In this document: positions 42,688 to 52,063 of the stretch, in pieces
Position numbering within the stretch: position 1 is the first letter of the stretch
How the letters are laid out: every line of letters begins with the position of its first letter
Source: Gemmatimonadaceae bacterium
GTDB lineage: Bacteria; Gemmatimonadota; Gemmatimonadetes; Gemmatimonadales; Gemmatimonadaceae
Reading direction: 5' to 3'
Assembly: GCA_035253585.1 (NCBI GenBank)
Contig: DATFBY010000110.1
Location: 47,875 to 111,874, forward strand
DNA: 64,000 nt
Program-made: the position numbers and the translations under genes
Notes under the pieces: generated by a model
What the model was told of the DNA's origin: nothing
The model's database searches: none
What the model saw: only the letters and a program-made list of their open reading frames with translations

Positions 42688-44004
42688 TCAGGCGTCGCGT
42701 GCGCAGCGGAAGCCGCTGAAGATCTGCCGCCGAATCGGATAATCCCAGTTGCGGAACGTGTTCCGAATGGCGCCCGGGCGGGTGGCCCACGATCCGCCGC
42801 GCAAGACCTTGTAGTCACTACCGAAGAAGACCTCCGAGTACTCGCGATACGGAAACACCTCGAATCCCGGATAGCCTTGGAAGTCGCTCGACGTCCACTC
42901 CCATACGTCGCCGATCATCCCGTAGCAGCCGATCGGCGACCGGTTGAGCGGATAGGCGCCGATCGGCGCCGTCCCGAACCCGAGTTGGTCGAGATTCGCG
43001 TGTTGCTCCGTCGGGCGCTCGTCGCCCCAGGGATACTCGCGCTTCTCGCCCGTCACGGGATCCCACGACGCTGCCGCTTCCCACTCGGCTTCTGACGGAA
43101 GCCGCTTTTTTCGGAAGCGGGCGTAAGCTTCGGCCTCGTAGTACGTCACGTGACAGACGGGGTGCGACTGGTCCACGACATCATCGCGGTCAATGACACG
43201 GTTCCGCCAAGCGCCGTACGAGCGATACCAATACTTCGGAGCGATGGCCCCACTCTCCTGCAGCCACGCCCATCCGGCATCCGACCAGAATTCGCGCCGG
43301 CGATAACCGTCTGCCTCCATGAACTCGAGATAAGCGCCGTTCGACACCGGCGCTACGTCGATCAGGAACGGTGCGAGCCTGACGAGATGCGTCGGCCGCT
43401 CGTTGTCGTACGCCACGCTCCGATCGTTGGTGCCGATCTCTACGTCACCGCCCGGAAAGAGGACCATCGCGCCTGACTCGATGGTTGTCGTGCGCTCGGG
43501 TAGCGCGCGGCGACGTGGCGGCTGATACGGCGCACCTTGCTTCAGCTGCAGTGTCTGGAGGATCGTCTCGCCGTGCTGGTACTCGTGCTGGAGCACCATG
43601 TGGTAGACGTAGCCGTCGTGCAGCAACGCGTGCTCGTCGTCTAGCTCCACTCGATCGAAGCGATCGATCACGCGCGAGCGAATCTCCGCCATTAGCGCGG
43701 CACTCTCGTCGAGCGTCGGAAGACGGAGGACGCCGCGGACACGACGTGGATGCTCGAAGGGATTGAAGAGGCCGGGCATCTCGCCGAACTCGATCGGCCC
43801 ATCGAGGTTCCGCGTCAGCCACAATTCTTCGAAGTGCGCGATGTGCCCGAGGTCCCAGACGATGGGACTCATCAACGGATCGTGCTGGCGACGGAGATCA
43901 TCGTCGGACAGAGGGCTCACGAGGAGCATCGTCCGCGACCGCGCTTCCGAGAGAGCCGCGAGGATATCGGCTCTGGCGCTGCTTCGAATAGCGGTTCCAG
44001 TCAT
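42688..44004 (-). CDS. egtB: Ergothioneine sulfoxide synthase EgtB (DinB_2 + FGE-sulfatase domains)
   Basis: The N-terminal DinB_2 His-triad is in HMVLQHEYQHGE. The C-terminus has an FGE-sulfatase domain (RGGSWATRPG…). Start chosen at ATG 44004; the ORF-track extension overlaps the peptidase gene. Confidence 0.8.
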   Translation of the reverse strand: MTGTAIRSSARADILAALSEARSRTMLLVSPLSDDDLRRQHDPLMSPIVWDLGHIAHFEELWLTRNLDGPIEFGEMPGLFNPFEHPRRVRGVLRLPTLDESAALMAEIRSRVIDRFDRVELDDEHALLHDGYVYHMVLQHEYQHGETILQTLQLKQGAPYQPPRRRALPERTTTIESGAMVLFPGGDVEIGTNDRSVAYDNERPTHLVRLAPFLIDVAPVSNGAYLEFMEADGYRRREFWSDAGWAWLQESGAIAPKYWYRSYGAWRNRVIDRDDVVDQSHPVCHVTYYEAEAYARFRKKRLPSEAEWEAAASWDPVTGEKREYPWGDERPTEQHANLDQLGFGTAPIGAYPLNRSPIGCYGMIGDVWEWTSSDFQGYPGFEVFPYREYSEVFFGSDYKVLRGGSWATRPGAIRNTFRNWDYPIRRQIFSGFRCARDA

Positions 44005-44200
44005 GCGCCGCCTCCAAACGCAAGAACGAATCCACGCGGCGGCGCTGCATCCGCCGCTCCTAGAAGTGGCCGCCGACGGTCGACGCGTCAAGCGACAACT
44101 CCACGCCATTGAATTAGAAGTCGTTTTCTCGGCAAAAGGTTCCGCAAAAGCAAGCGGGCCGGCGCTCGCGTCGGCGCCGGCCCGCTTGCCTATCGGTGTG

Positions 44201-46003
44201 CTACTGTCGGCACTGTCCCTGGGGATCGGGCTTCGGTTTGTCGATCGCCACACGGTGATCGAGATTCCCGAAGCGAACCGCCAGGTCTTTCAAGAACGTC
44301 GAGACGCGTGCCAGCTGCGCGTAGTTGATGTACTGCGGCTCGTCGGTCACCTGGTGGTAGTCGACGTGATCGCCCGTACTCAAGAACACGACCGGAATGC
44401 CGTAGCGCGCGTACATGTAATGATCGCTTCGGCAGTAGTACTGCTCGGGATGGTTCGGGGCGTCGAACTGATAGTCGAACGTGAACGGTACAGGACTCGC
44501 CGCGCCGACTTGTTCGACGATGTCGCCGTATTCCGTCGAGAGACGACGTGACCCGAGCAGCTGGATGTACCCTGGCTTCCCCTCGGGAAGATCGCTCGGC
44601 ATGCCGCGGCCGATCATGTCTACGTTGAGCTGACCGACGATCGAATCACGGGGTACGGTCGGATTGTCGGTGAACCAACGCGCGCCAACGAGCCCTATCT
44701 CCTCCGAATCGTGCCACACGAACAGTAGCGACCGCTTCGGTCTGTTCGCCGCATCGGCGAAAAACTCGGCTACCTCGAGCAATCCCATGGAGCCCGAGGC
44801 ATCATCGTCGGCGCCGTTGTTCACCGAGTCGATTCGCGCCGGCCGAATGCGCCGCAGACTATCGACATTCACCCTGATCTGCGCCTGAGCTGCTGCGGAT
44901 GGCTGCGTGCCGCCATTCGCGTGCTTCAAACGCTGCACCTCGGCGTTGAACGCGCGAAGCGAATCGTGATCGACCGGCGTGCCGGTGAACCCGACGTGAT
45001 CACTGTGCGCGCCGAGTGCGACGTACTGCGCGCGAAGCGCGGCATCCGTACCCGGGAAGATCGCAATGACGTTACGCGCCGGCGCCTGCGTCTGCTGAAG
45101 AACGACGGCGCCGCGCAGCGTCTTCCCTATCGCGCCTGCCTTGAGCGTCGACGGGTCAGCGCCAAGGACTTTCGTTGCGGCCGCGGTGGTAAGGAACAGC
45201 GTGATCGGACCGGTGCCTGGCGGCGAGTCGGCGCGAAGGGCGAAGCTCGGGTTGCGCAGAAAGTCGACCAGCGGGGTCGACGCATGCTCCCAGCCGACTA
45301 GCGCGACACCAGCCGCTTCGCTGAAGCGGGGCGCGGCTTGGAAAGAGACCAACGGCAGCTGTGCCGGAGTGCCGGCGGGCGGTGCGGGCAACGTGAACAC
45401 GACGAGCTTTCCTTTCATCTGCGCCACGCTTGGCAGCGCCGTCGTATCCTGTGAGAGAGTGCCGCCGTAGATCGCTTGAACCCCGTCGAGCGAGCGACGA
45501 AGGAATCGCTGAGGACGCACAGCTCCGAAGTCGGTCCACCAACGCAGCGTACTGCCGTCGACGGCGACCGATGACGTCGTGTCGAACAAGCGCCTAACGA
45601 TTGGCACCGCCTGGAAGAACGTGCCGTTCTCGCCCGCTGGTGTCGCACCGAGACGCCGCAGCTCGGCCGCGATGTAGGCGGTTCCCTTCTCGCCACCCGC
45701 GGTTCCCGTGCGCCGGCCCATCATCGAGTCATCAGCGAAGAGATACACGCGACTCATGAGGTCGCCGGGCGTGATCGCCGTCGACGTCGGCTTCGGCGTG
45801 TATTTCCGTGGCAGCGTGTCGCCGGGAAGGATCTCAGCAGATGCTGGCGTCGGCGTAGCAGCGGCGGCGCCTGTTGCCGGCGCTACTGGTGCGTCCGTGC
45901 TCGAGGGCGACTTCGCGCACGCGGCAAACAAGATGGCCGTCACGAGCATCTGCAATGCAAGCGAGTACCGCCCGCGAAGAGGCGGATGAGTCCGGCTGTC
46001 CAT
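44201..46003 (-). CDS. M28-family peptidase lipoprotein with PA domain
   Basis: Lipobox LFAAC. The M28 zinc ligands are in DNGADDDASG and HDSEEIGLVG. Confidence 0.7.
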   Translation of the reverse strand: MDSRTHPPLRGRYSLALQMLVTAILFAACAKSPSSTDAPVAPATGAAAATPTPASAEILPGDTLPRKYTPKPTSTAITPGDLMSRVYLFADDSMMGRRTGTAGGEKGTAYIAAELRRLGATPAGENGTFFQAVPIVRRLFDTTSSVAVDGSTLRWWTDFGAVRPQRFLRRSLDGVQAIYGGTLSQDTTALPSVAQMKGKLVVFTLPAPPAGTPAQLPLVSFQAAPRFSEAAGVALVGWEHASTPLVDFLRNPSFALRADSPPGTGPITLFLTTAAATKVLGADPSTLKAGAIGKTLRGAVVLQQTQAPARNVIAIFPGTDAALRAQYVALGAHSDHVGFTGTPVDHDSLRAFNAEVQRLKHANGGTQPSAAAQAQIRVNVDSLRRIRPARIDSVNNGADDDASGSMGLLEVAEFFADAANRPKRSLLFVWHDSEEIGLVGARWFTDNPTVPRDSIVGQLNVDMIGRGMPSDLPEGKPGYIQLLGSRRLSTEYGDIVEQVGAASPVPFTFDYQFDAPNHPEQYYCRSDHYMYARYGIPVVFLSTGDHVDYHQVTDEPQYINYAQLARVSTFLKDLAVRFGNLDHRVAIDKPKPDPQGQCRQ

Positions 46004-46034
46004 GTAGAGCCTTTGAAGAGGTACGAGAGCGCGA

Positions 46035-46829
46035 CTAACGAGTCTGTCCGAGCTGTTCCTCGAGACGCTCGCGATAGCCACGGCTCAACTTGAGCCGCGT
46101 GCCGTCACGCAAGATGACAATGTACTCACCCGAGAACCACGGCTGCATCTCCTTGACCCGATCGAGGTTCACGATCGTGGACCGGTGGATGCGCGCGAAA
46201 TGGGTGGGGTCGAGCCGCTCGGCGAGATTGCTGATCGTCTCACGGATGACGTGCGACTCGCGGCCGACGTGCAACCGCACGTAGTTGGCGGCCGCTTCTA
46301 CCCAGTCGATCTCCGCCGTCTTCACGAAGAAGATCTTGCCGCCCGAGCGGATCATGAGACGATCGAGATAACGGTCCCCGCCTGCTGCGCCGTCGCCGGC
46401 GCGCGCCTGAGCGGCGAGCTGCTCGAGCAGTGTGATCAGCCGCTGATTCTGATCGGAAGCTTGCGCGCGCTCGAGCTGATCGCGTGCGCGCTGAAAGGCG
46501 CTCCGGAAGCGCTCGGGATCGAAGGGCTTCACCAGGTAGTCCAGCGCGTGCACCTCGAACGCTCGCACCGCGTATTGGTCGTACGCCGTGGTGAAGATGA
46601 CGAGCGGAACCTGCTGCGGATCGAGCGCCTGGAGCACGCCGAAGCCGTCGATCTCCGGCATCTGCACGTCGAGGAACACGAGATCCGGCTGGTGCTGGCG
46701 GATGGTGGCGATCGCTTCCCGTCCATCGCTGCACTCGGCAACGACGTCGACATCGGGTTCCGCTTTCAAGAGCCGGAGAATTCGACGTCGTGCGAGCGGT
46801 TCGTCGTCCACCACCACCGTCTTGATCAT
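46035..46829 (-). CDS. LytTR-family response regulator
   Basis: Receiver domain (VVVDDE…FLDVQMP) plus a C-terminal LytTR DNA-binding domain. Confidence 0.8.
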   Translation of the reverse strand: MIKTVVVDDEPLARRRILRLLKAEPDVDVVAECSDGREAIATIRQHQPDLVFLDVQMPEIDGFGVLQALDPQQVPLVIFTTAYDQYAVRAFEVHALDYLVKPFDPERFRSAFQRARDQLERAQASDQNQRLITLLEQLAAQARAGDGAAGGDRYLDRLMIRSGGKIFFVKTAEIDWVEAAANYVRLHVGRESHVIRETISNLAERLDPTHFARIHRSTIVNLDRVKEMQPWFSGEYIVILRDGTRLKLSRGYRERLEEQLGQTR

Positions 46830-48094
46830 CGGATGCGATTCTCCGCCGAAGCACCGTTCTCGGCCGCCAGGGCCACCCGCAGAGGAATCTCGATCGACAC
46901 GACGGCGCCGCCGTCCTCATCCGCAGCCAGACTGAACCGATGCGCGTCGCCGTACAGCTGCCGCAGCCGCGCCCGCGTGTTCCCGATTCCGACGCCCTCG
47001 CGAATCTCGCCGCGCCGAAGGCCGACGCCGTTGTCGCGCACTTCGAGCTGGAGCCGGCCGTCGCGCGCCAGCGCAAAGATTCCGACACGCCCGGGAGCCG
47101 CGCGCGGTGACAGCCCGTGGCGGATGGAGTTCTCCACCAGCGGCTGGAGCACGAAGGTCGGCACGCAGGCGTCGAGCGTTTGCGGCTCGACCTGTACGTC
47201 GACCGAGAGACGGTCGCGGAAACGCGTCTGCTCGATCTCCACGTAGGCGCGAAGGAAATCGAGCTCCTGCTTCAGCGTGATTTCCTGCGATCCCGCCTGA
47301 TCGAGCGACATGCGCAGCAAACTTCCAAGACGCGTGATGGTCCTGTCGGCCGCCTCCGGGTTCTCGTGTATGAGCTCCGAGATCGCGTTCAGTGTGTTGA
47401 ATAGGAAGTGCGGCTGAAGCTGCATCTTGAGCAGCTGGAGCTCGGCGGTCGCCAGGTCGTGCGATAGCTCCGACGCGCGATATTGTCGCTCGCGGAACCA
47501 GCGGTAGTAGTTCACCGCGTGAGTGGCGGCGAGGATCACGAAGTAGCTGAAGACGTTGACGTCGAGCTGGAAGAGAAGCATCGCGTCGAACGGCAGCTGC
47601 CCGATTCCGACCAGTGGATACACCGCCCGGTCGATCGAGACATCGATCACGCACAGCGCCAGCGCAACGACCAGATGCACTGGGACACGCCACATCCAGT
47701 TGCTTCGGCCGATGCGCAAGCGGTGCGCAAGCCAGATCACCAGTGGCGTGAACGCGGCCCAGATCCAGGCGGTAGTGAGGCCGAGCGGCAGGATCTGACG
47801 CATCGGCGGCGCGGGAGCGTCGATCGCGTGCAGATAGAGAATCGTCTGCTGCGCCGAGAAGACGCCGTAGGCGTTCCACGTCAGGAAGATCGCCAGTGCC
47901 CACTTCCATCGGCCAAATGTCCGGCCCGTTTGGCGTCCGATGGGCCGCTCCGCTTCCACTTCGGCGATGGCCGCCGGATCGGGCGCGCGGCGTGACACGA
48001 TCCCGCCTGGCGGAGTCATGTTGTCGTCGTACACTTGCCCCGTATGCGTCGCGGTGGCGTCGCCGACGGGCGCTTCCTCCAATTGCTTCACCAT
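46826..48094 (-). CDS. LytS/YehU-type sensor histidine kinase
   Basis: Polytopic N-terminus. The His_kinase motif is in QLQPHFLFNTLN. HATPase_c at the C-terminus. ATGA overlap with the regulator gene. Confidence 0.75.
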   Translation of the reverse strand: MVKQLEEAPVGDATATHTGQVYDDNMTPPGGIVSRRAPDPAAIAEVEAERPIGRQTGRTFGRWKWALAIFLTWNAYGVFSAQQTILYLHAIDAPAPPMRQILPLGLTTAWIWAAFTPLVIWLAHRLRIGRSNWMWRVPVHLVVALALCVIDVSIDRAVYPLVGIGQLPFDAMLLFQLDVNVFSYFVILAATHAVNYYRWFRERQYRASELSHDLATAELQLLKMQLQPHFLFNTLNAISELIHENPEAADRTITRLGSLLRMSLDQAGSQEITLKQELDFLRAYVEIEQTRFRDRLSVDVQVEPQTLDACVPTFVLQPLVENSIRHGLSPRAAPGRVGIFALARDGRLQLEVRDNGVGLRRGEIREGVGIGNTRARLRQLYGDAHRFSLAADEDGGAVVSIEIPLRVALAAENGASAENRIR

Positions 48095-48322
48095 TCAACT
48101 CCTTGCAGTGCGCACACGTGCTTCGGCACGAGGGCGATCGGCTTGGCTACAGAGTGTTCCGGGTGTCCGATTCCGGGCAACTCAAATGGGACGAGCAGCA
48201 GAACCCGGGGGACGAAAGGAAATCGCCCCAGCGACCGCCCCGAGTCCTCTTGTCCGCGCTGGGCACCGTCCCTAATCTGCGCCGCGACGCGCTCGTCGTC
48301 TCCCCCTCTATCACTGTAATCG

Positions 48323-49141
48323 ATGCGGTATTCACGTTGGTGGACGCCTCTCGCGCCGAGGCTCGCGCGCCTCGTCGTGCTGTGCGTCGCGGTCGCGTCG
48401 TGCTCCGATAGCCGCTCCACGGGACCTCGTGGCGCGCCCGACCGCGATGGCACACCCGATCTCATCGTCGACGAGGGCGTTCTCGAGTCTTCGGTTCGCT
48501 TCGCTACCGAGACGATCTCGCAGGGGTCGTGCACGTCCGTCGAGGGAAACATCCCGCCGGGCACCTACCGTACGATGCGCTTCAGTGTGTCGACACCGAA
48601 CATCGGCGACGCTGACGTTTTCATCGGTGATCCCCGCGGCCACATCGATCCGAACGGTGACGGTGACTTCGCCGATAGCGACGGGCTCTTCGACTTCGCC
48701 GCCTGTCATAACCACTTTCACTACCGCCGGTACGCCACCTACGAGTTGTTCCAAGTAAATTCAGACAACAGCCTCGGACCCGCGATGCGTGCGAGCAAGA
48801 TCGGTTTCTGCATGCAGGACTCGGAGCCGTATCGTGACGGCATCGGCCGCTCGGAATGGGTATATCGCCAGTGCGGCTCGCCGACTCAGGCTGGCAATCA
48901 GGGCTTGGCAACCGGTTGGACCGACATCTACGATCGCACGCTCGACGGACAGTTCTTTCTGCTGAACGATCCCCGCGCGCCGGTGCCGCCCGGCAGATAC
49001 GCGTTGCGCGTGACAGTCAATCCTGGGTTTGTGCGCGACCCGGGCGATCCTTGTCCGGTGGTGGTGGACGGTTTGTGCCACGTGTTCGCCGAGAGCAATT
49101 ACTCGAATAACGTCGCCGAAATCCGCCTGACGATTCAGTGA
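48323..49141 (+). CDS. Lysyl-oxidase-like copper amine oxidase domain lipoprotein
   Basis: The motif FAACHNHFHYRRYATYELF matches the C-H-x-H-x-H copper site of the LOX catalytic domain. Lipobox VAVASC. Confidence 0.5.
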   Translation: MRYSRWWTPLAPRLARLVVLCVAVASCSDSRSTGPRGAPDRDGTPDLIVDEGVLESSVRFATETISQGSCTSVEGNIPPGTYRTMRFSVSTPNIGDADVFIGDPRGHIDPNGDGDFADSDGLFDFAACHNHFHYRRYATYELFQVNSDNSLGPAMRASKIGFCMQDSEPYRDGIGRSEWVYRQCGSPTQAGNQGLATGWTDIYDRTLDGQFFLLNDPRAPVPPGRYALRVTVNPGFVRDPGDPCPVVVDGLCHVFAESNYSNNVAEIRLTIQ

Positions 49142-49443
49142 GCAAGCGCATGTCGAAGTCGTATGTAGAGCGACGCACAGTCTCTAGGAAAACGCCATTG
49201 GACGGAAAGCTGGAGATCTCCGGCGGGGCAGCCAAGCGCCTCACCGAGTCGACGCCTTTGGCCGTGGATTTGAACGGGGTGCGCGGCCAGGGTACGCTCG
49301 TTTCAATGCCGTGTACCTGCCGCGACGTCGCGCACGTGCACTATTTCCTCGAATCTGAGTCGTTCCGGACGCTCTCGCCTGAGACCGAGGTCGAAGTTCG
49401 AATTTCGGGCGACGGCTCGAGCGCCGTGGTGACGACGGTCTAG
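49138..49443 (+). CDS. Hypothetical 101-aa protein, translationally coupled to the LOX-like gene
   Basis: GTGA overlap with the upstream stop. No recognisable domain. Confidence 0.3.
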   Translation: MSKRMSKSYVERRTVSRKTPLDGKLEISGGAAKRLTESTPLAVDLNGVRGQGTLVSMPCTCRDVAHVHYFLESESFRTLSPETEVEVRISGDGSSAVVTTV

Positions 49444-49447
49444 CCAC

Positions 49448-49735
49448 ATGGCTCAGCCCGACCGTCGCCGACGGAACGGCGTCATCGCCGCTGTAATCGT
49501 CGCGCTGTTCGTCGGCTATCTGCTGTGGTCGACGCTCGGTGCGCAGAAGGCATCGTGCGAAGTGTGCGTGTCGTTCGCTGGTGGAAATAACTGCGCCACC
49601 GCGTCGGCGTCCGATACGATCGAGGCATTGCAATCGGCGCAGTCCACGGCCTGTGGCCCATTGGCGCGGAGCATGGATGCCTCGATCGCGTGCGCCAATC
49701 GCCGCCCCACCCGCTCCCGGTGCTCGCTGCGCTGA
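49448..49735 (+). CDS. Hypothetical small membrane-anchored Cys-rich protein
   Basis: N-terminal TM helix. Composition only. Confidence 0.3.
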   Translation: MAQPDRRRRNGVIAAVIVALFVGYLLWSTLGAQKASCEVCVSFAGGNNCATASASDTIEALQSAQSTACGPLARSMDASIACANRRPTRSRCSLR

Positions 49736-49739
49736 CTCG

Positions 49740-51320
49740 TTAGGCAGCGCCCGCCTCGCGCCGCGGGCGCGCGACAGGTCTCACCCATCGCTCCACCAGC
49801 GCCAGACCTCCGTCGACCAGAAGTGCGAGCAGCGCTGCGGGGATCGCCCCCGACAGAATCATGCGCGTATCCGACAGCGCTAGGCCGGCGACGATCGGGT
49901 CGCCGAGACCGCCGGCGCCGATGAATGCCGCCAGCGTTGCCGTGCCGACCGTAATCACCGCCGCAGTGCGAATTCCGGCCATGATCACCGGCGCTGCAAG
50001 AGGGAGACGCACATGCCGGAGGACCTGCGCCGGCGTCATTCCGAGCGAAAGCGCCGCGTCGGCGGCGGCCGGATCGGCATCGCGAACGCCGGTATATGTA
50101 TTCCGGACGATCGGGTAGAGCGCGTAGAGAAAGAGCGCCACCAACGCCGGCACCACGCCGATGCCCAGCAGCGGGATCATGAACGCGAGAAGCGCGATCC
50201 CCGGCAGTGTCTGGAGCAGCCCGACGGTGCGGATTACCGACTCCGCTCCCTTCCCCAGGCGCTCGAGCATCACGCCGAGCGGGAGAGCGATGACGACCGC
50301 GGCCGCCAGCGAGATCACCACGAGAAGGAGATGCCGCCGGGTGAGCGACAGCAGGTCGCTGCGCCGGGCCACGAGGTAGGTGCCTAACGATTCGCGCTTC
50401 CGATCGATCGCGCGCGATACAGTCGAGGTGCCCATGAGCGAAAGATCGCGGAGCGCATCCGAAGCGACGCGCGCCACCGGCTCGTTGTCGACCTCCACAC
50501 GCCGGTTGAGCGCCCGCATGCGCTCCTCATCCAACCGGCCGCTCAGCTCGGACAGAATGGCGGCCACCTGCGGAACGTCGCGCTGCACCGCCGGCCCCAG
50601 AAGCGCAGCTGCCTGATACGGGGGAAAGAAGCGCTTGTCATCGTCTAGGACTACGAGGTCGTAACGCGCGATCAAACCATCAGTCGAGTAGCCATCGATG
50701 ACGTCCACCTCGCCTTCGGCGAGCGCCTGATACTTCACGGCCGGCACCAACGAGCGAACTTCACGTGGCGCGACGGTGTAGACGCGTCGCAATCCGGGCA
50801 GCCCGTCTGCACGTCCGATGAAGTCGGGCGTGAACCCGGCTCGCAGTCGGCGGGCCACGCGCCCCAAATCGCTCAGCGTGCGCAGGGAGAGCGAATCGGC
50901 GGTCGCGCGTCGTACCGCGATCGCATAGGTATTCTCGAATCCGAGTGGAGGCAGCCAGCGGACGCCGAATCTGGCGCTGAAGTCGCGGACGACACGGGCA
51001 TAAACGGCATCTGGATCAGGCTCCGGCTGTTCGCCCAGGATGGCGATGAGGCCGGTGCCCGTGTACTCCGGGTAGACGTCGATCGCATTCGTGCGAAGTG
51101 CGCGAAACGCGATCTCGGTGGCCCCGAGCCCGAGACGACGGTCGACCCTGAGCCCGCGGACCTCGAGCAGCTGGGCGAACATCTCCGCCAGCAGATACGA
51201 CTCGCCAAAGGGTTTGGATGCGACGACCACGGTGCGCTTCGACGGTTGGGCGCCTAACGAGTGCGCAACACCGAACAGCGTCGCTCCGACGAGAGCCACC
51301 CAACGCGCGAGCCGCGTCAT
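49740..51320 (-). CDS. ABC transporter, fused substrate-binding (OpuAC/OpuBC-like) and permease domains
   Basis: The N-terminal glycine-betaine-type SBP is followed by a BPD_transp_1 permease half. The gene ends with a TAA stop supplied by the GACTCGTTAGGCA motif. Confidence 0.75.
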   Translation of the reverse strand: MTRLARWVALVGATLFGVAHSLGAQPSKRTVVVASKPFGESYLLAEMFAQLLEVRGLRVDRRLGLGATEIAFRALRTNAIDVYPEYTGTGLIAILGEQPEPDPDAVYARVVRDFSARFGVRWLPPLGFENTYAIAVRRATADSLSLRTLSDLGRVARRLRAGFTPDFIGRADGLPGLRRVYTVAPREVRSLVPAVKYQALAEGEVDVIDGYSTDGLIARYDLVVLDDDKRFFPPYQAAALLGPAVQRDVPQVAAILSELSGRLDEERMRALNRRVEVDNEPVARVASDALRDLSLMGTSTVSRAIDRKRESLGTYLVARRSDLLSLTRRHLLLVVISLAAAVVIALPLGVMLERLGKGAESVIRTVGLLQTLPGIALLAFMIPLLGIGVVPALVALFLYALYPIVRNTYTGVRDADPAAADAALSLGMTPAQVLRHVRLPLAAPVIMAGIRTAAVITVGTATLAAFIGAGGLGDPIVAGLALSDTRMILSGAIPAALLALLVDGGLALVERWVRPVARPRREAGAA

Positions 51321-52063
51321 TGTATTCCGGCGCGCTCGAGGAGTGAGGCGACGTAATCCGTCGCCGGCCGGTCGATGCAGTCATCGGCCGTGCCGATCTG
51401 CTCGAGTCGTCCGCGACGCATGACCGCGATACGGTCGGCGAGCATGATCGCCTCGCGCAGGTCGTGCGTCACCAGTACCGAGCTCACGAAAACGTTGCGT
51501 CGAAGGTCCGCAAACGACTGCTGAAGCTCTCCGCGTGTGATGGCGTCGAGCGCGCCGAAGGGCTCGTCGAGGAGCAGGAGATCGGGTGACGCCGCGAGCG
51601 CTCTGGCGATCGCCACGCGCTGGCGCTGGCCGCCGGACAGCTCGTGGGGCGCACGCGCCGCCAGCTCCTCGATCCCAACGAGTGCCAGCGCCGAGCGACC
51701 GCGGGCGAGCGGGTCCGTCATGTCGCGGAGCCAGGGAACGAGCGCCGCGTTCCGCTCCACCGACCAATGCGGAAGTAGCCCGCCGTCCTGCGGCACGTAG
51801 CCGATGCGTCGCCGCAGGGAGACGGGGTCGAGAGCGCGCGTGTCGGCGCCGTCGACCAGGATCCGTCCGTCGTCAGGCGCAATCATCCGATTGAAGCAGC
51901 GGAGCAAGGTGGTCTTCCCCGATCCGCTCTCACCGACCAGCGCCATGCACTCGCCACGCTCGATGGCCAGGGAGACGCGATCGAGCGCGACCGCCTCGCC
52001 GAAGCGCTTGGTGACCTGGTCAGCCACCAGCGCGAAGGGTGCCTGCGCTTGCGACGTCGTCAA
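51317..52063 (-). CDS. ABC transporter ATP-binding protein (Opu-type)
   Basis: Walker A GESGSGKTT, signature LSGGQRQR, and Walker B LLLDEPFGALD are present. Confidence 0.8.
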   Translation of the reverse strand: MTTSQAQAPFALVADQVTKRFGEAVALDRVSLAIERGECMALVGESGSGKTTLLRCFNRMIAPDDGRILVDGADTRALDPVSLRRRIGYVPQDGGLLPHWSVERNAALVPWLRDMTDPLARGRSALALVGIEELAARAPHELSGGQRQRVAIARALAASPDLLLLDEPFGALDAITRGELQQSFADLRRNVFVSSVLVTHDLREAIMLADRIAVMRRGRLEQIGTADDCIDRPATDYVASLLERAGIQ

